Shown here: piece by piece, positions 18,702-27,948 of the stretch
Layout of the letters: every line of letters begins with the position of its first letter
Position numbering within the stretch: position 1 is the stretch's first letter
From: Deltaproteobacteria bacterium
GTDB lineage: Bacteria; Desulfobacterota; UBA8473
NCBI GenBank assembly: GCA_030623035.1
Contig: JAUXFK010000002.1
Span: forward strand, 1-42,416
Direction of reading: 5' to 3'
DNA length: 42,416 nt
Position numbers and translations under genes: made by a program
The notes under the pieces: generated by a model
Seen by the model: only the letters and a program-made list of their open reading frames with translations
Told to the model about the DNA's origin: nothing
The model's database searches: none

Positions 18702-19773
18702 TTATCTTCTCCACCTCTTCAATGATTCTCTCGGGATGAATTATTCCACCACCACCCGTGTTGTGCCTCGCCCACATCCCCAATAGATGAACGGGAACAG
18801 AGGTTTTTATCGAGGCCTCAACATCTTCTATCAATTGACCCTGACTGTCTTCGACTACTAATACCTTTTGTACTTTTGATGAAAGTTGGGATATCTGTTC
18901 CGCGGGAAAAGGCCAAAGAGTGATGGGACGTAACAACCCCAGTTTAAGCCCTTTATTGCGACCCATATCTACAGCACCTCGGGCTATTCTTGCAGATGAA
19001 CCATAGGCAACTATAAGTAAATCGCAATCTTCCGCCATATATGTTTCGTATCTTACTTCAGCCTTTTTTATTTCTTTGTATTTTTCTATCTGCTTCATGT
19101 GGTAGTTTACCACTCCACCATAAGTAAAAAAAGCAGCAATATGAGCGGCTCTATTTCCGCCTCTTTTCTCTTTTCCGGTCAATGCCCAGTCCTTCTTGGG
19201 GAGTGGTTCGAATTCCAATGTCCTTAACTCGATCGGTTCATCCATTTGACCCAATATAAAGTCGGTGACTAACAGAACGGGTGTCCTGTACTTATCTGCC
19301 AAAAAAAATGCAACTTGCATGAGGTCGAAGATTTCCTGGCATGACGCCGGTGCTAATACAATTGCTCGATATCCGCCGTGCCCGCAGCCTTTTGTTACCT
19401 GAAGATAATCGGTCTGTCCTCCCTGACCTCCTGTCCCGATTCCCGGCCCCATACGCATCACATTAACGATAACTGCCGGAATTTCTGTCTCAGCTAAATA
19501 GGATATACCCTCTGCCATCAGGCTGAAACCAGGACTGGATGTTGAAGTCATTATCCTTTCCCCTGCTAAACCCCCTCCGTATACCATGTAAATAGACCCG
19601 CTTTCACTTTCAGATTGGACAAAAACTCCGCCTATTTTTGGCAATTCCCTGGACATATATTCCGGAATCTCGCTTTGCGGTGTAATTGGATAACCGAAGA
19701 AGTATTTACAACCAGCCTGGATTGCTCCTCTGGCTACTGCATTATTCCCTGAAACAAAAATTCGATCTGACAT
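18691..19773 (-). CDS. korA: 2-oxoacid:ferredoxin oxidoreductase alpha subunit
   Basis: GNNAVARGAIQAGCKYFFGYPITPQSEI N-terminus typical of KorA/OorA/PorA. Confidence 0.9.
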   Translation of the reverse strand: MSDRIFVSGNNAVARGAIQAGCKYFFGYPITPQSEIPEYMSRELPKIGGVFVQSESESGSIYMVYGGGLAGERIMTSTSSPGFSLMAEGISYLAETEIPAVIVNVMRMGPGIGTGGQGGQTDYLQVTKGCGHGGYRAIVLAPASCQEIFDLMQVAFFLADKYRTPVLLVTDFILGQMDEPIELRTLEFEPLPKKDWALTGKEKRGGNRAAHIAAFFTYGGVVNYHMKQIEKYKEIKKAEVRYETYMAEDCDLLIVAYGSSARIARGAVDMGRNKGLKLGLLRPITLWPFPAEQISQLSSKVQKVLVVEDSQGQLIEDVEASIKTSVPVHLLGMWARHNTGGGGIIHPERIIEEVEKINGK

Positions 19774-19856
19774 AACCTTTTCCTTCTCTTTGGGTAATAA
19801 AAAATATGCATTGTGTTTTTAAATATCTATCTTTATTAAACGATAGAAATATATAA

Positions 19857-20081
19857 TTAATTTTCTATGTATCGATAAACATCTATAGTGCATTCTGGAC
19901 ACATCCAACCGCAGATTCCACAGCCATTGCAATTGTCTTCATTTACAAATATCGGTAAGGGTGCTCCATTTGGGTTAAATCTATCCTTCGAGATTTCTAT
20001 ACAATCCCTGGTACAAAATTTTACACAAAGCTGACACCCTTTACAGTATGATTCGATAATCTCTATTTTGCCTTTTGCCAC
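19857..20081 (-). CDS. korD: 2-oxoacid:ferredoxin oxidoreductase delta subunit (2x[4Fe-4S] ferredoxin)
   Basis: CKGCQLCVKFC and CNGCGICGWMCP; GTG start with GGGAGA upstream. The delta-alpha-beta-gamma order matches OorDABC/KorDABG-type operons; substrate not determinable. Confidence 0.8.
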   Translation of the reverse strand: MAKGKIEIIESYCKGCQLCVKFCTRDCIEISKDRFNPNGAPLPIFVNEDNCNGCGICGWMCPECTIDVYRYIEN

Positions 20082-20258
20082 TTTTTTATTCTCCCTTCTC
20101 TCAACTAATAAATGCAGGTATAAGGTTCAAGGATGTTATTGCTAAATTTGAGCAATTGGCCATAAATATGAATGGTTCAATATTATGGTCTATTAAAATA
20201 ATATTTCTAGCAGATAATGTCAAGAAATATAATAAAAAAATTTTGCCGGATGATATTT

Positions 20259-21119
20259 TTAATCGATCACCTTCCTTCCTGTAAGCTTAATAAAAACATC
20301 CTCCAAATTACTCTTTCGTATAATGGCATCCCTGTCCAAAGAGGCGACAAACCTTCCTGCATCTTCCCTGTTCTTAAAAAATCTGGCTTTAGATCTGTCA
20401 TCGTCAAGCATCTCCACTACAAAACGCCCGGTCCTCTTCAATAACTGCTCAGGGATATCTAAGGCAATCAGCCTTCCGTAATCGATTATTCCCACCCTAT
20501 GACATAGAACCTCTGCTTCTTCAATATAGTGGGTAGTAAGAAATATAGTCGCCCTTTCCTGGTTTATTCTTCGAATAATGCCCCAAATATTCCTCCTGGT
20601 TTGGGGATCCAGCCCAACCGTTGGCTCATCCAAGAACAACACCTTAGGCTCATGGAGCAGTGCCCTTGCGACCATAAGCCTCTTTTTCATCCCCTCGGAG
20701 AAGGTTTTAACAAGGCTTGATGCCCGATCCGAAAGTTGTACAAACTCAAGCATCTTTTCGATGTGCATTTTCATTTTGCCCCATTCCATTCCATGGAGCA
20801 TGCCATGGAGCTTGAGATTTTCATATGCAGATAACTCCCCATCCACGTTGAGGTATTGGGGTACTACCCCTATACCACTTTTGGCCTTGACCGGTTCTTC
20901 TACAACATTGAAGCCAGAGACAAAGGCATGGCCAGAAGAGGGTTTGGTCAAGGTAGTCAGGATTCGGCAGGTCGTAGTCTTTCCAGCCCCATTAGGGCCC
21001 AAGAATCCGAAAATCTCTCCTTCTGTAATCTCCAAATCAAGGTTGTCGACAGCAATGATACTACCGTATGTCTTGGTCAATGCTTCTGTTTTGATAAGAG
21101 GTTTTACAATTGGAGTCAT
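20259..21119 (-). CDS. ABC transporter ATP-binding protein (ABC-2/DrrA-like exporter)
   Basis: Walker A GPNGAGKTT, signature FSEGMKKRL, Walker B LFLDEPT. Start taken at MTPIVKPL (ATG 21119), which forms an ATGA overlap with the permease stop. Confidence 0.9.
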   Translation of the reverse strand: MTPIVKPLIKTEALTKTYGSIIAVDNLDLEITEGEIFGFLGPNGAGKTTTCRILTTLTKPSSGHAFVSGFNVVEEPVKAKSGIGVVPQYLNVDGELSAYENLKLHGMLHGMEWGKMKMHIEKMLEFVQLSDRASSLVKTFSEGMKKRLMVARALLHEPKVLFLDEPTVGLDPQTRRNIWGIIRRINQERATIFLTTHYIEEAEVLCHRVGIIDYGRLIALDIPEQLLKRTGRFVVEMLDDDRSKARFFKNREDAGRFVASLDRDAIIRKSNLEDVFIKLTGRKVID

Positions 21120-21850
21120 AAACTCGCCTTTTTTACACAGGTTATTGCCCCCAAAAAGAACAGTATGGAATAGATTATCATAACTAAAAAGGATATCAGG
21201 GGGATGTCCATTCCGAGGGCTGCCGCCCGAATGCAAGAACTGGCATGGGTTAAGGGAAAAACCTGAGCAATTAGATAGGCCCATTCAGGAAATCTGGACA
21301 GGGGGAAAAATGTTCCGCACAGAAACGACATGGGCACAATAAAAAAGCCGTTAAAACTGGCCTGGTCTGCATGAGATTTCACTATCATCGATGTGATCAC
21401 TGCTGCAGAAGCAAACATAAACGTATTGAAGATTACTGAAAGCAGTAAAGCCCAGTTGACGTTTAGCCTTATCCCGAATGCAGCGGCCAGGATGAATATG
21501 ATAAAGGATGCCAGCATTCCTCTGACCATTCCGCTTAAAACCTCTCCTAAAACGATTGAGCTAGAAGAGATGGGAGCAGTCTGAAACTCCTCAAAGGTCA
21601 TCCAGTAAAAGCGGGAAATGTTAATGTCCATTGCTATGCTGAAAGTTTGACTCATCGAGGATAGAGCAATAAGCCCCGGTATCATGAATGTCAGATAATC
21701 CATGCCTTCAACTTGCAGACTCCTTCCCATGCCCCAGCCAAACGCGATGAGAAAAAGAAGAGGGGATATCGCATAAGAAGCCATGACCCTTATTAATCTT
21801 CTTCTTAATATGACCATCTCTCGCCAAAATATCGCATAAGTCCCCACCAT
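21116..21850 (-). CDS. ABC-2 type transporter permease
   Basis: Six hydrophobic segments, typical ABC-2 N-terminus IFWREMVILRRR, AAGGAGG RBS, coupled to the ATPase gene. Confidence 0.85.
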   Translation of the reverse strand: MVGTYAIFWREMVILRRRLIRVMASYAISPLLFLIAFGWGMGRSLQVEGMDYLTFMIPGLIALSSMSQTFSIAMDINISRFYWMTFEEFQTAPISSSSIVLGEVLSGMVRGMLASFIIFILAAAFGIRLNVNWALLLSVIFNTFMFASAAVITSMIVKSHADQASFNGFFIVPMSFLCGTFFPLSRFPEWAYLIAQVFPLTHASSCIRAAALGMDIPLISFLVMIIYSILFFLGAITCVKKASL

Positions 21851-21918
21851 TAACCTCCTTGAGGAGTTTACATCTTCGATTTTACTGGTTTATATCAATC
21901 TAAAATAATACCTGAAAT

Positions 21919-22254
21919 CTATAGATTCACACAGCATATAATATCAAAATCTTCATCTCCTGTGTTTCTCATCCCGTGAGCCTCGTTCTCATCCACGAAT
22001 ACAAAATCTCCAGGGCTGAGTTCCCTCTCTGAATCTTTGGTAAAGATTACCCCGTTCCCTTTTAAAACATACTGTTCATGTATCTGAGGGTGAGAGTGAA
22101 GAGGTATGGCACCTCCTTTTTTAATTGATACAAGCCGCATGGCAAATTTTTTAGCACCTTCTTTCTCTGATATGAGCCATTGAATGGCGGTATTTTTGAC
22201 CCCCTCCATTGGCAATCGGTCTACCTTTACTTCTTTTGTTTTTCCAGCATACAT
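21919..22254 (-). CDS. Cupin domain protein
   Basis: GGAIPLHSHPQIHEQYVLKGNG...GDFVFVDENEAHGMRN (cupin motifs 1 and 2). Start at MYAGKT with GGAGGAAAAATT upstream; the track start is 22311. Confidence 0.8.
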   Translation of the reverse strand: MYAGKTKEVKVDRLPMEGVKNTAIQWLISEKEGAKKFAMRLVSIKKGGAIPLHSHPQIHEQYVLKGNGVIFTKDSERELSPGDFVFVDENEAHGMRNTGDEDFDIICCVNL

Positions 22255-22297
22255 AATTTTTCCTCCGTTATTCTTTTTTTTTAATAAAAAGATTTCA

Positions 22298-23017
22298 TTA
22301 GGTGTTCTCAAATATGCTTTTCAAAATCTTTTTGCTCGTATTTGTGGGGCATTTATTTATTTTTTTATTTATGGCAGCTTCTATCTGGTCACTTCCATTT
22401 CTATCCGGATTTTCTCTGTCAAGAGACCATCTTGATGGATTGTTCCGAATATATTCCCTAATCTTGGTTAATTCATCTTCATGACGGATGACGTGTTCAT
22501 AATAATTTCGTTGCCAGAATTTTTCATGGAATGGTCGCCATGAACGCCGTTTAACATTACGAATATATTCATTGGTGGTCATGGTTTTAAACCATTGAAC
22601 AACCCTATGTAGGGGCGAACCCGTGTGTTCGCCCTTTTCTGGAGAGGCAACCCTGTGTGATGGGACAATATTTGGGTAGACACATTGATCTGGATAGACA
22701 CATGGGTCAGGGCAGACACATGGGTCAGGGCAGACACATGGGTCTGCCCCTACGTTTATGATAACACCATGAATGTGATTGGGCATAATAACGAATTCAT
22801 CCATCTCTATATCGGAAAATTTGGACGGCAATCTATTCCACCAATTCTTCACCATCATTCCTGCATCGGACAACCTCATTTCCGTGTCCATAATATCTCC
22901 CAATAAACATTCTCTATTGTGTACACAGATTGTTACGAAATACACCCCTGACTGGGAATAATCGTATTCTTTCAACCGTATTGATCTTCTATGATGAATA
23001 TCAGGATTGTATTTCAT
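22298..23017 (-). CDS. IS200/IS605-superfamily HUH tyrosine transposase of the REP-associated (RAYT-like, COG1943) type
   Basis: MPNHIHGVII (HUH motif) and RNYYEHVIRHEDELTKIREYIRNNPSRW (catalytic Tyr region). No partner tnpB. Confidence 0.85.
   Translation of the reverse strand: MKYNPDIHHRRSIRLKEYDYSQSGVYFVTICVHNRECLLGDIMDTEMRLSDAGMMVKNWWNRLPSKFSDIEMDEFVIMPNHIHGVIINVGADPCVCPDPCVCPDPCVYPDQCVYPNIVPSHRVASPEKGEHTGSPLHRVVQWFKTMTTNEYIRNVKRRSWRPFHEKFWQRNYYEHVIRHEDELTKIREYIRNNPSRWSLDRENPDRNGSDQIEAAINKKINKCPTNTSKKILKSIFENT
22611..22636 (+). repeat. REP-like hairpin A inside the transposase ORF
   Basis: AGGGGCGAAC-CCGTGT-GTTCGCCCTT preceded by TGT; same head sequence (TGTAGGGGC) as 7908..7939. Confidence 0.7.
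22677..22748 (-). repeat. Four tandem 18-nt units (in-frame PDPCVC/PDQCVY repeats); the last unit forms REP-like hairpin B
   Basis: TAGACACATTGATCTGGA / TAGACACATGGGTCAGGG / CAGACACATGGGTCAGGG / CAGACACATGGGTCTGCC. GGGCAGAC-ACATGG-GTCTGCCC (22728..22749) is a perfect 8-bp stem. On the minus strand it reads GTAGGGGCAGAC-CCATGT-GTCTGCCC. Confidence 0.8.
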
Positions 23018-23574
23018 GATTTTTCTTTACTCATTCTTTGGGTTATTTCCTATTCGTTTCGTTCTGAGTTTTATTTCTCGCATTCTCCAGCAGTGAGTTT
23101 TTCTTCCCACCCGGCCGCATGCAATTTAGGATCAATCAATTAATCATATTTAACAGTAGAAACATTTCAATTTATTCTACATTATCTAACTTCGTAATTC
23201 TTGAGAGTCGGTGATACATGCTTTCTGATTTTTTCCCTGGGCTTTTCTATTGAGGTAAATCTCTAATGAGAATTTTGCAAAAATTACCTTTAAACAATTA
23301 GCGTTTTTACCCTTTGAAGTCAACGATATTTTCGACTTTTTATAATCCCGCATACCCCACCTCATTCCATTCGATTGTATTGGGAAGAAAGAAGAACTAT
23401 GCAGAATTATTGCATAAAGAAGGTGTAAGGGATTTTTATTGTTGACTATTATCTTCTCTCTCTGATAGCATTATATAATTAGTCTGCTTTTAAAGTTGAA
23501 AGAGTCATTCCAGGGTCTTGGGGAGTTCTTTACATTGTTCTCCTTTAGGGCACTGGTTAACAGGGAGGTTTTTA

Positions 23575-24195
23575 ATGGGACTAATGAATTTGCTATTCAA
23601 GGATCCTGGGGCTTTTATTGTTTTGGTTCCTCTCCTTTTATATTCCGTTATAATCCATGAGGTAGCCCATGGCTGGGTAGCAGAGAAGATGGGGGATCCT
23701 ACTGCTCGTATGCTTGGAAGAATAACCCTTAATCCGATGAAACACCTGGATCCAATTGGGTCGTTGATGGTTCTTATCTTTGGTTTTGGATGGGCGAAAC
23801 CTGTCCCTGTTAACTTTTCAAATTTGAGGGACTATCGTAAAGGGATGATACTGGTATCCTCCGCAGGTATCATAGCCAATATTATTGTAGCGTTTTTTGC
23901 TCTTTTGATTATACAGATGAACATCTTTTCTCCCTGGGGGAGTATGCCGGTAATACTGGCTGTACTTGCACAAATAAACATCATATTGGCAGCCCTCAAT
24001 TTAATCCCCATCCCCCCCTTGGATGGTTCTAAAATCCTGATGGGGTTTGTTTCCAACAGGATGCAGTACCAGCTGATGCAATTAGAACCGTATGGAATGT
24101 TTATCATCATTGGGCTGCTTGTCTTTGGGCTGTTGACTCCATTAATTATCTTCTTTCAAAGGATAATTGTAGGGATTATCGCTTTGATTCTTTAA
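23575..24195 (+). CDS. Site-2 protease family (peptidase M50) membrane metalloprotease
   Basis: HEVAHG (HExxH) and LNLIPIPPLDGS motifs; multi-TM. ATG 23575 preferred (GGGAGG 7 nt upstream); the track start is 23518. Confidence 0.85.
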   Translation: MGLMNLLFKDPGAFIVLVPLLLYSVIIHEVAHGWVAEKMGDPTARMLGRITLNPMKHLDPIGSLMVLIFGFGWAKPVPVNFSNLRDYRKGMILVSSAGIIANIIVAFFALLIIQMNIFSPWGSMPVILAVLAQINIILAALNLIPIPPLDGSKILMGFVSNRMQYQLMQLEPYGMFIIIGLLVFGLLTPLIIFFQRIIVGIIALIL

Positions 24196-24295
24196 GAATA
24201 CCAAGGCAAAAGAGGATTGAGCTGTAAAGATTGTATTTTTAAGAAGCAATGACAGATAATAGTCACGTTGGGTCGAGCCAAAGTTATAAGAGGTT

Positions 24296-24925
24296 CTAGG
24301 GTAGTTTTATCAGGGATTCTTTCCCCAAACCTAGTTTTTCTAATATGTCGTACGCCCACTTGACCATCCCTATTTCCCTTTTAGAATGAGCATCACTGCC
24401 GATGCTGAATTTTACACCTCTTTTGGCAATATGTTCTATGATATGAGGCTCGGGTACTTTTCTGAAACTATTCAATTCAATAGCTACATCTCGTTCTAAG
24501 GCTGCGTCTATTATTTTATCCCAATCCGTGTCATTGATATACCATGGGTGAGCGATGATATCTATCGGGTGGTCTTTTATGAGATTGGTGATGGCGTTGC
24601 GGAAAGTACCCCTGACCGGGCCGTGATTCGAGATTAGAAGCAAATCTAACTGTTCTCTATATTTCATTACCTTATCGATTGTAGGTATCTCGGCTTCTAG
24701 TCCGGTAAGTATTTTTATTGAGGATTTTCCTTTTATCCGATTCGCCTCATTAATATACTCTTCAATCGTATTTTCATCTATTGTGAATATATTATTGCTA
24801 AAAGCATGATCAGTAAATGCGATGTATTCTAATCCTCTTTCTTCGGCTGTCTTAACCACCTCTTGCATTGTACATCTTCCATCCGAAAATGTTGTGTGAA
24901 TATGCAAATCCATTTTAGGAATCAT
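24296..24925 (-). CDS. PHP-domain metal-dependent phosphoesterase (histidinol-phosphatase-like)
   Basis: MDLHIHTTFSDGRCT...YIAFTDH...GLEAE...SNHGP...IAHP...GSDAHS. Start uncertain (24925, 24913 or the track's 25027). Confidence 0.8.
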   Translation of the reverse strand: MIPKMDLHIHTTFSDGRCTMQEVVKTAEERGLEYIAFTDHAFSNNIFTIDENTIEEYINEANRIKGKSSIKILTGLEAEIPTIDKVMKYREQLDLLLISNHGPVRGTFRNAITNLIKDHPIDIIAHPWYINDTDWDKIIDAALERDVAIELNSFRKVPEPHIIEHIAKRGVKFSIGSDAHSKREIGMVKWAYDILEKLGLGKESLIKLP

Positions 24926-25248
24926 AAAAAGACCTTTTAGCAAGATGGAGTTTATCCAGTATTTAGACTCTCCAAAGACAGATTGAATACTTTTTGATTT
25001 TGTATCACAGACGATTTCCTTAGTCAAATATGAATGACCCTGGATTTTTTTTGGGGTTTATAAGACGCTAAGGTTCTATTCGTTGTTGAGAAAGTTTCCC
25101 CCTTCATTGTATCTTGCTTTTTGTCTAACATTTTGTATTTTTTGATATTCTTTTTCTTGACAGGAGAAACCGATTTAGATAGTCTCTTTAGATAGGTTTT
25201 TAGGGTTATTAATTTGTTTAACATTCATATTTATAAGGAGGCGATATT

Positions 25249-26667
25249 ATGGTAGGGATTACTTCTTATGGGGCCTATATCCCTATGTACAGAATGAACC
25301 TACAGACGCTTGCCCAGACTTGGGGTGGCTATGCGGGAAAAGGTGAAAAGGCAGTGGCCAATTGGGATGAAGATAGCCTCACTATGGCTACTGAATCCTC
25401 AATCGACTGTCTGAACGGTATGGATAGGTCACTAATTGACGGCTTGTATTTTGCTACGACGACTCCGGCTTATAGAGAAAAACAAAATGCAAGTATAATT
25501 GCTAAGGTGATAGATTTGAGACGGGATATAATTACAGCGGATTTTACCAATTCAGTGAGGGGGGGGACAAGCGCTTTGAGGGCAGCTATAGACGCGGTTG
25601 GTGCCGGATCCGCAAAGAGGTTCCTGGTTGCTGCTGCCGATTGCCGTGTTGCAGCTCCGGATTCCAAGTTCGAAAATCTTTTCGGTGACGGTTCTGCTGC
25701 CCTTTTGATAGGAGATTCAGACATCGCTGCACAAATCGAAGGTAGTGCCAGTATCTCCAGTGAATTCATCGACATATGGAAGAAAGAGGGCGACAGGTTT
25801 GTCCAGGCATGGGAGGACAGATTCATAATTACCCAGGGCTACCTTGCTCATCTTGAAGAGATAATCTCCATCTTATTCAAGAAATATAACGCTACCTCTA
25901 AGGACTTCAGTAAGGTGGTATTCTATGCTCATGATCAACGAAGGCATGGTCAACTTGCAAAGAAGTTGGGTTTTGACCTAGAGACCCAGGTACAGGATCC
26001 ACTTATTTCCACAGTAGGTCATACGGGATCTGCCCAGGCAATGATGATGCTGGTGGCAGCACTAGAAGAGGCCAAACCAGGAGATAGAATCCTGTTTGCC
26101 AACTATGGCGATGGGGCAGATGCCTTCATCCTAAAGGTAACAGATCAGATAGAGAAGATCAGGGACAGGCGTGGCATAAAGAAAAACCTGGCATCGAAGA
26201 TGGGACTATCGTCCTATGGAAAGTATCTCCATTTCCGAAACCTTATGGATTGGGGTCAAAAACGAGAACCAGATAGGTATGGAGCGGTATCCATGTCATG
26301 GAGGGACAGGGACTGGGTCCTCAGTTGTCATGGGCACAAGTGCAGGCAGTGTGGCACCATACAGTTCCCAATGCAAAGGATATGCACATGGTGCCAGGCC
26401 AAGGATGACTTTGATGAAGTAAGGTTGTCGGACAAAAAAGGCATTCTCTTCACTTACAGCATGGATAACCTGGCTACATCAGTGGATAAACCAACAGTAA
26501 TCGCTATCGTCAATATTGACGGGGGAGGTAGGCTCTCTACTATATTGACGGATCGAGATCCTGAAAAGATCAGCCCTGATATGCCGGTAGAATTCACCTT
26601 TAGAAAAGTTCATGAAGGACAGGGCGTTATCAACTATTTTTGGAAATGCCGTCCATTAAGGGGATAA
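25249..26667 (+). CDS. HMG-CoA synthase-like domain fused to a DUF35 Zn-ribbon/OB-fold (acyl-CoA-associated) domain
   Basis: N-terminal GITSYGAYIPMYRM...DEDSLTMA...GGTSALRAA...FGDGSAALLIG follows the archaeal HMGCS layout. C-terminal CRQCG...CTWC Zn ribbon plus OB region from about aa 350. RBS AAGGAGG. Confidence 0.8.
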   Translation: MVGITSYGAYIPMYRMNLQTLAQTWGGYAGKGEKAVANWDEDSLTMATESSIDCLNGMDRSLIDGLYFATTTPAYREKQNASIIAKVIDLRRDIITADFTNSVRGGTSALRAAIDAVGAGSAKRFLVAAADCRVAAPDSKFENLFGDGSAALLIGDSDIAAQIEGSASISSEFIDIWKKEGDRFVQAWEDRFIITQGYLAHLEEIISILFKKYNATSKDFSKVVFYAHDQRRHGQLAKKLGFDLETQVQDPLISTVGHTGSAQAMMMLVAALEEAKPGDRILFANYGDGADAFILKVTDQIEKIRDRRGIKKNLASKMGLSSYGKYLHFRNLMDWGQKREPDRYGAVSMSWRDRDWVLSCHGHKCRQCGTIQFPMQRICTWCQAKDDFDEVRLSDKKGILFTYSMDNLATSVDKPTVIAIVNIDGGGRLSTILTDRDPEKISPDMPVEFTFRKVHEGQGVINYFWKCRPLRG

Positions 26668-26680
26668 GGAGGGATGAAAA

Positions 26681-27898
26681 ATGGCAGAGAGTTTTAAAGA
26701 CAAAGTTGCAATAATTGGCATGGGATGTTCCAAATTTGGCGAAAATTGGGACTTGGGAAGCGAAGATATGATCGTCGACGCCACCTATAATGCATTGGAG
26801 GATGCAGGAATTGAGATGAAGGATATTGATGCAGCATGGGTAGGAACAATAGGGTTCACCGGTACTGGAGCCGGTATGACGTCTACTGGTATTACCGGGG
26901 CAGCAATATCGATGCCATTGAAGCTCCAATACAAGCCTGTTACCCATGTGGAGAACGGATGTGCTACAGGGACAGATGCCTTGAGAAACGCAGCCTTTGC
27001 TGTAGCTGCCAAGGTCTATGACATCGTCCTTGTGGTGGGTGTCGAAAAGCTCAAGGATACTGGTTATGGAGGACTTGGTGAGCTGTCCATACCTCCACAC
27101 CCTGTATTTGAGGGGGGTATAACTGCTCCTGGCATGTATGCCCTGGCAGCAACCAGATACTTTAAAAAGTATGGGCTCAGTCCTGAAGAGGGGAAGAAGA
27201 TGCTGGCAAAGGTATCGGTAAAGAGTCACTATAATGCCTCAAGAAACCCCAGGGCTCACCTTCGAAATGTCATAACCGAAGAGCAGGTGTTGAATGCACC
27301 AGTGATTGCATGGCCCCTTGGGTTATTCGATTGCTGCGGTGTGACGGACGGGGCAGGTGTGGCGATCCTCTGCCGTGCAGAAGATGCAAAAAAGTTTAGG
27401 GATGACTATGTACTCATCAAAGGATTGGGGCTCTCCATAGGTCCGGGGCAGGGCAGTATCAGGACGGATTATGACTTTACTATCTGGGACGAAACCGTAC
27501 ATGCGGCCAAAGAGGCCTATGCCATGGCAGGGATAAAGAATCCCCGAAAGGAACTCAGCCTCGTTGAGTGTCACGACTGTTTTTCCATCTCCGAGGTCAT
27601 AGCCGTCGAATCTCTGGGACTCTGCGAGAGGGGGAAAGCCATAGATGACCTCAATGCAGGTGCATGGACGCAGGAGGGTGATATACCCGTCAATCTCAGC
27701 GGGGGTTTAAAGGCCTTTGGCCATCCTATCGGTGCCAGTGGCTGCAGAGAAGCCTATGAGGTATATAAGCAGCTTCAGGGAAAGGCAGAAGACAAGTCAC
27801 GTCAGGTAAAGAATCCGCGAATGGGGCTCGTTCATAATCAGGCAGGTCTGCCAGGGAAATTCATGTGTGCGGTGGCTGTTTATGGGCTACCTGATTAA
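26681..27898 (+). CDS. Thiolase, archaeal / SCP-x (DUF35-partnered) type acetyl-CoA acetyltransferase-like
   Basis: ENGCATGTDALRNAAFAVA (nucleophile Cys), [20 protein letters not shown]; starts 13 nt after the previous stop with RBS AAGGAGGGA. Confidence 0.85.
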   Translation: MAESFKDKVAIIGMGCSKFGENWDLGSEDMIVDATYNALEDAGIEMKDIDAAWVGTIGFTGTGAGMTSTGITGAAISMPLKLQYKPVTHVENGCATGTDALRNAAFAVAAKVYDIVLVVGVEKLKDTGYGGLGELSIPPHPVFEGGITAPGMYALAATRYFKKYGLSPEEGKKMLAKVSVKSHYNASRNPRAHLRNVITEEQVLNAPVIAWPLGLFDCCGVTDGAGVAILCRAEDAKKFRDDYVLIKGLGLSIGPGQGSIRTDYDFTIWDETVHAAKEAYAMAGIKNPRKELSLVECHDCFSISEVIAVESLGLCERGKAIDDLNAGAWTQEGDIPVNLSGGLKAFGHPIGASGCREAYEVYKQLQGKAEDKSRQVKNPRMGLVHNQAGLPGKFMCAVAVYGLPD

Positions 27899-27948
27899 GT
27901 GAAAATTTTACTATCCAGTATCTAAAGGGGAGATGGCTTAAAAGGGTA

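Noticed and set aside
20578-21183. 201-aa plus-strand ORF antisense to the ABC ATPase; likewise 35158..35748 antisense to hbd and 26630..27229 antisense to the thiolase
   Set aside because: These are long shadow ORFs opposite genes with unambiguous catalytic motifs. None has motifs or an RBS of its own.
21120-21284. 55-codon N-terminal extension of the ABC ATPase ORF (track start 21284)
   Set aside because: The extension overlaps the permease gene and has no ABC motifs. The internal ATG at 21119 gives a canonical N-terminus and an ATGA stop/start overlap.
22677-22748. Tandem 18-nt repeats as a possible CRISPR array
   Set aside because: The units are directly abutting with no spacers, too short for CRISPR repeats, and lie in frame inside a transposase ORF.
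25024-25224. Lys-rich 66-aa minus-strand ORF
   Set aside because: It lies in the divergent promoter region between the PHP and HMGCS-like genes. It is AT-rich and low-complexity, with no RBS.
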